From: a virus
Taxonomy: Duplodnaviria > Caudoviricetes
DNA: 52,268 nucleotides
Reading direction: 5' to 3' (one strand)
Virus record (IMG/VR): IMGVR_UViG_3300043777_000338
Coordinates: 1 to 52,268 of that record
Shown: positions 46,500 to 52,268 of the stretch, piece by piece
Layout of the letters: each line of letters opens with the position of its first letter
How positions within the stretch are numbered: position 1 is the stretch's first letter
Notes under the pieces: generated by a model
Told to the model about the DNA's origin: nothing
Databases searched by the model: none
Seen by the model: only the letters and a program-made list of their open reading frames with translations
Position numbers and translations under genes: made by a program

Positions 46500-48025
46500 T
46501 GGCTGGGAAAATATATCCTATTGTTTCCCAACCTGGCATCAAGCGTGATGGTACGCAATTTGCGAGCAGGTTTTATATTGATGGCCAATGGTGTCGCTTT
46601 CAGCGTGGCTTGCCCAGGAAAATGGGTGGATATAATCAGCTTATCGGTACATTAGCAAATCAACCGAGAGGTTTATATGTCGTTCCAGCAACTCCTAACT
46701 TTAACGTATATGTGGGTGATTATGCTACACTGCAATATTTTCAAATTGATGAATTTGGAAATCTATTATCTGGCCTTACAGATCGCACTCCTCTTGGTTT
46801 TGTTCCTGACGTAAATAATATTTGGACCTTTGACACCATTTATTCAACAGTCTCAAATACGAATTTGTTAGTTGCTCATGCTGCGCCAAATCTAGCTTCA
46901 ATCGGAAATGATGTTGCAACTCCTGTTTATTATGGAGATGCCTATTCTAACTCGCATTTAATACCGAATTTTCAAACTGTTTCAGGTGGAATAGCTGTTT
47001 TTCAACCGTATTTATTTATGTTTGGAGATGCTGGAGAAGTTATTATTTCTAACATAAATGATCCAACGACTGTCTCGAATGTGGCGCGAGTTTCTGCCAA
47101 TAAAATTGTGGCAGGAATGTCTTCGCGTGGTGGCAATTCAGCTCCAGCAGGGCTTTTGTGGAGTTTAAATAGTGTTATTCGCGTGACTACAGTGAACACA
47201 AATACTGGATTACAATTTAAATTTGATACGGTTTCGAATGAGAGCTCTATTCTCTCTAGCAGGTCTGTCGTTGAATATGATGGTTTATATTTCTGGGCTG
47301 GTATAGACCGATTTCTTGTTTATAACGGCGTTGTTCAAGAAGTTCCGAATCAAATGAATCTTAACTTCTTTTATTATAACAATGGAACTACCGGCCTGAA
47401 TTATCAATATCGTCAGAAAGTTTGGGCTACAAAAGTTCCTCAATATGGGGAGATTTGGTGGTTCTATCCTTCAGGAACAAGCACTGAATGCAATCGAGCT
47501 GTTATCTACAATAAGAGAGAAAATAGTTGGTATGATACAGAGATTTCAAGAGGAATTGGATATTTTGAGCAAGTTTTTGCAGATCCTATTTGGGCTGACA
47601 ACAATGCAACTGGCGGTACTTATGGAGTCTGGCAACATGAATCTGGTGTTGATCAAAATATTGGTGGCAATCTAACAGCAATTAATTCCTTTATTCAAAC
47701 TGGAGATGTATCTTGGGCTGCCATAGATCCGTCTGGCAGTTGGACAGGAGTAGATCGATGGGTAGATCTTTATCGCATTGAGCCAGATTTGCTCCAAACT
47801 GGGAATATGACTGTCACTGTCAGCACGAGGGACTACGCAAATGGGCCAGTCGTTTTAAGTAATCCATATGCATTTGCTCCAGGTACTCCAAAGATAGACT
47901 TAAGAGAACAAGGTCGTGAAATGTCACTTATTTTTGCAAACAATAATGTGGGTGGATTTTACGAAATAAATCAAACATTGCTTTACTTCAGAACTGGTGA
48001 TTCGAGAGCCACCGGCGCTTCTTAA
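46499..48025 (+). CDS. Tail nozzle/tube protein B (P22 gp10-like beta-propeller)
   Basis: PGIKRDGT..DGQWCRFQRGLPRKMGG; EIWWFYP..TECNRAVIYN. Confidence 0.75.
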   Translation: MAGKIYPIVSQPGIKRDGTQFASRFYIDGQWCRFQRGLPRKMGGYNQLIGTLANQPRGLYVVPATPNFNVYVGDYATLQYFQIDEFGNLLSGLTDRTPLGFVPDVNNIWTFDTIYSTVSNTNLLVAHAAPNLASIGNDVATPVYYGDAYSNSHLIPNFQTVSGGIAVFQPYLFMFGDAGEVIISNINDPTTVSNVARVSANKIVAGMSSRGGNSAPAGLLWSLNSVIRVTTVNTNTGLQFKFDTVSNESSILSSRSVVEYDGLYFWAGIDRFLVYNGVVQEVPNQMNLNFFYYNNGTTGLNYQYRQKVWATKVPQYGEIWWFYPSGTSTECNRAVIYNKRENSWYDTEISRGIGYFEQVFADPIWADNNATGGTYGVWQHESGVDQNIGGNLTAINSFIQTGDVSWAAIDPSGSWTGVDRWVDLYRIEPDLLQTGNMTVTVSTRDYANGPVVLSNPYAFAPGTPKIDLREQGREMSLIFANNNVGGFYEINQTLLYFRTGDSRATGAS

Positions 48026-48036
48026 GGAAAATTCAC

Positions 48037-48282
48037 ATGATGCTTCCAGAGGAAACAACTCTAACTTTATGGGCTAACTCTCTAATTATAGATTTTCCTT
48101 ATGATAACGTACCTTTGTTGATTAATGAGTCGCGTTGGAAAGAATGGGGCAATGAATTAATTGGCGCTCATAGCTTTATAAGTAATGATGTCCCAACGCC
48201 AAATAATTACAACGATTGGCAAACTTGGGCATATGATGTATACTTTTTAATGTGTAATAATGTCGAACAAAATGCTCAGTAA
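48037..48282 (+). CDS. Small Trp-rich hypothetical protein
   Basis: 81 aa; WKEWG...DWQTWA. Confidence 0.7.
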   Translation: MMLPEETTLTLWANSLIIDFPYDNVPLLINESRWKEWGNELIGAHSFISNDVPTPNNYNDWQTWAYDVYFLMCNNVEQNAQ

Positions 48283-48293
48283 AAAGGTGGAAA

Positions 48294-49793
48294 ATGTTTA
48301 ATCAACAGATGCTTGCTTCAGATTTAGATGAAAATGAAATGCCTTATGCGCATGGGTTGATTAATACCGTGCCTATGCCAATGACTCCTTCTCCTGTTAG
48401 TTCTCTTCCTCCTTTATATCCAAGTATGATGACCCCAGGATTAAATCCGCAAGCTCCCTTTATGACTCCCAATATGGTTCAGGCGAGATATGCAGAAGGT
48501 GGTTCTGTATATGAAGATGATGGGTCATATGGACTTACAGATATGGCGGAAATGTTGCGTGAACAGGGTGATGAAGATGATACAATTCTTGCGCACATTA
48601 ATCCAGAAGAAGCTCATCAACTTGGAGAAATGTACGGATATGATATTAATCCAATCACTGGCTTGCCACAATTTGGAAGACATAAAAGAAAAGGCCTTAA
48701 GGGATTGGTAAGGAAGGCGGCTCATACAATTGGGCATGCTGCAAGAGAGGTTGTCCGCGCTCCTGTTATGAGAAAAGTTCTTCCAATTGCAGGTGCACTT
48801 GCTGGAAATGTTATTGCGCCAGGAATAGGAAGCGTTCTCGGAGGCGCTGCTACAAAAGCTACCATTGCGAAAGCGCAACATAAGGATCCATTGAAAGCTG
48901 CGCTGCGTGGTGCTGCGCTAGGAGCGGGCATTGGATACGGAATGCCACTAGCTGGAAAGGGATTGTCAGCTCTTGGTGCAACAAATCTTGGTGCAGGATT
49001 AAGCCAATTTGGTGGTGGTGAATATCTGAAAGGTTTGTCATCTTTAGGGCAAATGTTTACTGGCGCTACTGCGCCAGCTGCTGCTGCGGGAACAGGTCTT
49101 GGATTAAAGAAAATGGCTGAGCAGGGAAAAATTCAAGCATTTCTTGGCGAGAAACCTGGGGCAATTTCTTCGCTTTATCCCGGAATGTCAGAAGAAGAGG
49201 CAACTCAAGCTGGAACTTCATTATATCCTGCCATTGCAAAGGCTTTTCCTGAAAGAGAAAGACAATCAGAAGGCTTTGGATTGGGAAGCTTAACGAAAAA
49301 TCTTAGCAACTTAATGTTGCCACTTGGCATCCTTGGGACATTGATGAGAAAAGAGAAAATTAAGCAAGGTCATGGACCATCATTTGATGAGATTGTATCG
49401 CGGATGCGGACTCCATGGCGTCCAGACCAATATGCAAGACCTGTTGAAGCATACCAAAGACAAGTAAGAACACCGACTGAAGAAGAAATAGCTGCTTATG
49501 AAGATTTAGCAAGGCCGATGGTTACTCCACAATTTTTCCATCCATATAAACATGGTGGTTACTTACATGGTCAGGAGGGAGGGCAGGCTGATACAGTTCC
49601 AGCAATGCTTTCTAATGGAGAATATGTTTTAACTGCTGATGTTGTTTCTGCTCTTGGGGATGGGAATAATTCTGCCGGTGCAAAAAAACTCGATTCATTT
49701 ATGGCTGCAGTTCGTCAGCACAAAGGACAAAAGTCAGGTTTGCCGCCAAAAGCAAAATCAATTGGCGCATATATGAAGCATAGAAAGTATTAA
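48294..49793 (+). CDS. Internal virion/ejection protein
   Basis: DTILAHINPEEA...INPITGLP, Gly/Ala-rich hydrophobic core, GQADTVPAMLSNGEYVLTADVV. Confidence 0.65.
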   Translation: MFNQQMLASDLDENEMPYAHGLINTVPMPMTPSPVSSLPPLYPSMMTPGLNPQAPFMTPNMVQARYAEGGSVYEDDGSYGLTDMAEMLREQGDEDDTILAHINPEEAHQLGEMYGYDINPITGLPQFGRHKRKGLKGLVRKAAHTIGHAAREVVRAPVMRKVLPIAGALAGNVIAPGIGSVLGGAATKATIAKAQHKDPLKAALRGAALGAGIGYGMPLAGKGLSALGATNLGAGLSQFGGGEYLKGLSSLGQMFTGATAPAAAAGTGLGLKKMAEQGKIQAFLGEKPGAISSLYPGMSEEEATQAGTSLYPAIAKAFPERERQSEGFGLGSLTKNLSNLMLPLGILGTLMRKEKIKQGHGPSFDEIVSRMRTPWRPDQYARPVEAYQRQVRTPTEEEIAAYEDLARPMVTPQFFHPYKHGGYLHGQEGGQADTVPAMLSNGEYVLTADVVSALGDGNNSAGAKKLDSFMAAVRQHKGQKSGLPPKAKSIGAYMKHRKY

Positions 49794-49794
49794 G

Positions 49795-51303
49795 ATGAGA
49801 AATTTATTTACATATATTCTAACCTTATTGTTGTTATCTTCTGTTTGTTGCGAAGCTTCTTTCAATAAAACGCAAGAAAGAACTATCGGCCATCTTATGC
49901 ATGGGAAAAATCAATTTACTAGACAAGAAGCAGAAGATTATATGAGGCAGGGGGCAGGGGCAGATCCAGGAAGATGGCTTGCAAATAGAAGAGCGGCAGC
50001 GGCTCAATCAGCGCGCGCAGCTGAGATTTCTCGGGCTCAAGCTGCCGCAGCGGCACAAGCTTCTGCAGCCCGAGCTTCTCAAACTGCTACAACTGCTCCT
50101 TTACCTTCTTCTTCAACTGCTTCCACCTCTGCTAATCCTGTGCTTGCTCCACTTCCTTCTTCTACAGCCTCCCCCTCTTCTGGAACGACAACAACAACTA
50201 CTACTCCCTCTGCTCCGATGCCACCTCCATTGCCTGAAGGATGGGCTGGAAGAACTTTACCTTCTTTAAGGCCTCGCTTTGGAGGTCCTGGCGGTGGAGC
50301 TCCCGGGGGAGGCCCTGGTGGGCCAGGGGGACCAGGAGGTCCTGGATCATCAGAAATCGGATCGTCGGAACTTCCGCCGTGGATGAATACTTACTTACAG
50401 AATTTAATTGAAAGATCAGCGGTCCTAGGAGAAGAAAATTATCCCCATTATCCATATCCTACAATTGCTGCAACAGATCCTTTATTTATGGAAGCATATA
50501 ATAAAGCTTATGAAACTGGTCGATATGAGCCTTATTTTGCGAGAGCAGAAAGATCTTTATCTGAAGCAAAAGAACCTTTTTCTCAGTATTATCAAGAGTA
50601 TATGAATCCATATATTTCGCAAGTTCTTGAAAACATCGCGCATTATGGTGGAAGAGCTTTTCAAGAAAATATACTTCCAGCACTTGAGGGGCAATTTGTT
50701 GGATTGGGGCAGCATGGTTCAAAACGTCATGAAGAACTTGCTCAAAGAGCTGCACGTGATATGCAAGAAGCAATTTCAAGGCAACAATCACAGGCATTAG
50801 CGCAGGGTTATGGGCAGACTGCGAAACAATTTCAGGAAGAAAAACTTCGCCAGCTTGAAGCAGCCCGGCGTGAAGCAGAACTTGGTCGCTATGCGCAAGC
50901 TGGAGCAACAGCAGATATTGAAGCGCAAGCCAGATTAGGACAAGCAAGACAAGCTGAGCAACAAAGCAGATTAACTGAGATGCAGAATAAATTTTTGAGA
51001 GAGCAGCAATATCCTCATGCTTTATTGGAACAACATGCCGGTATTTTGAGAGGGCTTCCTGGACAAGGCGTCACAACCAAGACTTCATATGCACCTCCTC
51101 CTCCGCAAACATCAGTCAATTTGATGGGGAAAATAGGTGAAGTTGCGCCAGCAATATACGGAGCAATGAAGCAGTTTGAGCATAAAAAAGGCGGACGCAT
51201 AAAAAAGAAGCCCTTTGGTTTGTCAGATGTTGCGTTTAAATCTAAGAATAAGCCAGAGAGTAAGCATAAGAGATTTAATTTATTGAGAGCAAAGAAGATC
51301 TAA
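49795..51303 (+). CDS. Internal virion/ejection-like protein with N-terminal signal-peptide-like and low-complexity extension
   Basis: LPPWMNTY, EYMNPYISQV, GQHGSKR and Q-rich helices; N-terminus MRNLFTYILTLLLLSSVCCEA. Confidence 0.65.
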   Translation: MRNLFTYILTLLLLSSVCCEASFNKTQERTIGHLMHGKNQFTRQEAEDYMRQGAGADPGRWLANRRAAAAQSARAAEISRAQAAAAAQASAARASQTATTAPLPSSSTASTSANPVLAPLPSSTASPSSGTTTTTTTPSAPMPPPLPEGWAGRTLPSLRPRFGGPGGGAPGGGPGGPGGPGGPGSSEIGSSELPPWMNTYLQNLIERSAVLGEENYPHYPYPTIAATDPLFMEAYNKAYETGRYEPYFARAERSLSEAKEPFSQYYQEYMNPYISQVLENIAHYGGRAFQENILPALEGQFVGLGQHGSKRHEELAQRAARDMQEAISRQQSQALAQGYGQTAKQFQEEKLRQLEAARREAELGRYAQAGATADIEAQARLGQARQAEQQSRLTEMQNKFLREQQYPHALLEQHAGILRGLPGQGVTTKTSYAPPPPQTSVNLMGKIGEVAPAIYGAMKQFEHKKGGRIKKKPFGLSDVAFKSKNKPESKHKRFNLLRAKKI

Positions 51304-51304
51304 T

Positions 51305-52268
51305 ATGAATCCATCATTACTAGATTATATGGCTAAATTCCAACCAAACGCGCAAACAGAAGTAGATCAAGCCGCTACGAATCCTTTTTCCAGCGGATCT
51401 CAATCTGCTGTTCAGGCGGCAAAACAATCTATGCAAATGGATGAAAGAGAAAGAGGAAGAGCTCAAGGTCTTGCGGCGCTCCAATTTGCCGCGCATATGG
51501 CACAAAGACAGCATGGAAGAAAAAGAAGTTTCTCTGAATCGCTCAATCAATCTTTATTGCCTGCTGTAGAAACATATAATGCAGAGCGAAATCGTATTGA
51601 ACAGCAAAATGCTTATCTACATGCACAAGCACAGGCGGCGGCTGAGCGTCAAAGGCAAGAGCAACTTCGTTTGCAAATGCATCAAGAAAAAATGCAGCAA
51701 AGACAGCAAGAACAAGAAGCATTAGAAAGACATAGAACTTCTCAACTTGGAGAGACGGAAAGATATCACCAAGGAAGATTGGGATTAGAAAGAGAAAAAG
51801 CACAAGAAAGAACTGGTTCTGGGATAAAAGAATGGGAAGAAGCTGCAAAATACAATGCGTTGCCATTAAATAACTTAAGCGTTACAGCGCGACGTGAATA
51901 CGAAAAAGGCATTCTTGCAGATAAGAAGAATTTTCCAGATTATAAAAAGGCAATAAAAACCGTTCATCAAATGCAGGATATTTTTTCACATCATCCTAAT
52001 ATCGGTGAAAGTTTTACGCGTTCTATTCTTTCTGGGAAAATGGAAAATCCATCAGCTATGCACCAATTAGCGCGTAAATATCATTGGAACAAAGATGAAA
52101 TATCTGCATTGCAGAAACTTCAAAAACTATCTTCTGACTTAAATTTGCAATCGATCAAATCATCTGGAGGAAAAGTAGCAACAGACTTATTCAAACAAAT
52201 GATAAGACAAGCTGCGCCAAGCGAAGTGTTAACTCCGGATGCATTTGATTTCGTTGCTAAAAATTTTG
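51305..52268 (+). CDS. Q/E-rich coiled-coil virion/ejection protein (5' part; continues to 384 across the junction; missing from ORF track)
   Basis: Open frame MNPSLLDYMAKFQPNAQ... with no stop to the window end, in frame with 1-384. Confidence 0.85.
   Translation, partial: MNPSLLDYMAKFQPNAQTEVDQAATNPFSSGSQSAVQAAKQSMQMDERERGRAQGLAALQFAAHMAQRQHGRKRSFSESLNQSLLPAVETYNAERNRIEQQNAYLHAQAQAAAERQRQEQLRLQMHQEKMQQRQQEQEALERHRTSQLGETERYHQGRLGLEREKAQERTGSGIKEWEEAAKYNALPLNNLSVTARREYEKGILADKKNFPDYKKAIKTVHQMQDIFSHHPNIGESFTRSILSGKMENPSAMHQLARKYHWNKDEISALQKLQKLSSDLNLQSIKSSGGKVATDLFKQMIRQAAPSEVLTPDAFDFVAKNF
52142..52268 (+). repeat. Terminal direct repeat, copy 2 (circularisation overlap)
   Basis: Identical to 1-127. 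127 is a common assembler k-mer length. Confidence 0.97.

Larger units (their letters stand above)
1..52141. mobile_element. Complete temperate tailed phage genome (podovirus-like structural module), circular assembly
   Basis: Terminase, portal, major capsid, tail/fibre, integrase and replication genes are present, no host housekeeping flanks are seen, and a 127-bp terminal overlap has an ORF reading through it. Confidence 0.93.

Noticed and set aside
52142-52268. 127-bp terminal repeat as a biological DTR or att site
   Set aside because: It falls inside a coding sequence and equals a standard assembly k-mer, so it is best explained as a circularisation overlap.
1-52268. Alternative genetic code or stop-codon recoding
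   Set aside because: Core genes are full-length and densely packed under the standard code, and no suppressor tRNA is present.

Overview
The window is an apparently complete, circularly assembled temperate tailed-phage genome of about 52,141 bp: bases 1-127 are repeated exactly at 52142-52268, and one virion gene runs across the join. The host is most likely an AT-rich alphaproteobacterium, possibly a Holosporales/Rickettsiales-like endosymbiont; this is inferred from the alphaproteobacterial-type Hfq, LdtR-like MarR regulator, IbpA-like sHSP and OMP. Modules in order: an accessory block (OMP, candidate sRNA, ROSE-controlled sHSP, Hfq); a tyrosine integrase with candidate attP and an excisionase-like gene; replication/recombination genes (primase-helicase, Sak4-like ATPase, SSB-like protein, Cas4-like exonuclease, VRR-NUC nuclease); a leftward operon (XRE HTH, LdtR-like); an iteron-like origin; a second sRNA; a CdiA-like polymorphic toxin followed by five immunity-like ORFs and a relic toxin-junction sequence; terminase; tRNA-Asn; and a podovirus-like structural module (portal, His-rich protein, GroES-like protein, scaffold, major capsid, several fibre-like proteins, tail tube and ejection proteins). 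The most striking signal is a putative phage-encoded riboregulatory circuit: a phage Hfq plus three promoter-hairpin-terminator RNAs. One of these has a 14-nt GU-rich seed complementary to the ribosome-binding regions of both the integrase and the first gene of the leftward operon. All family assignments come from motif recognition by eye; no searches were run.
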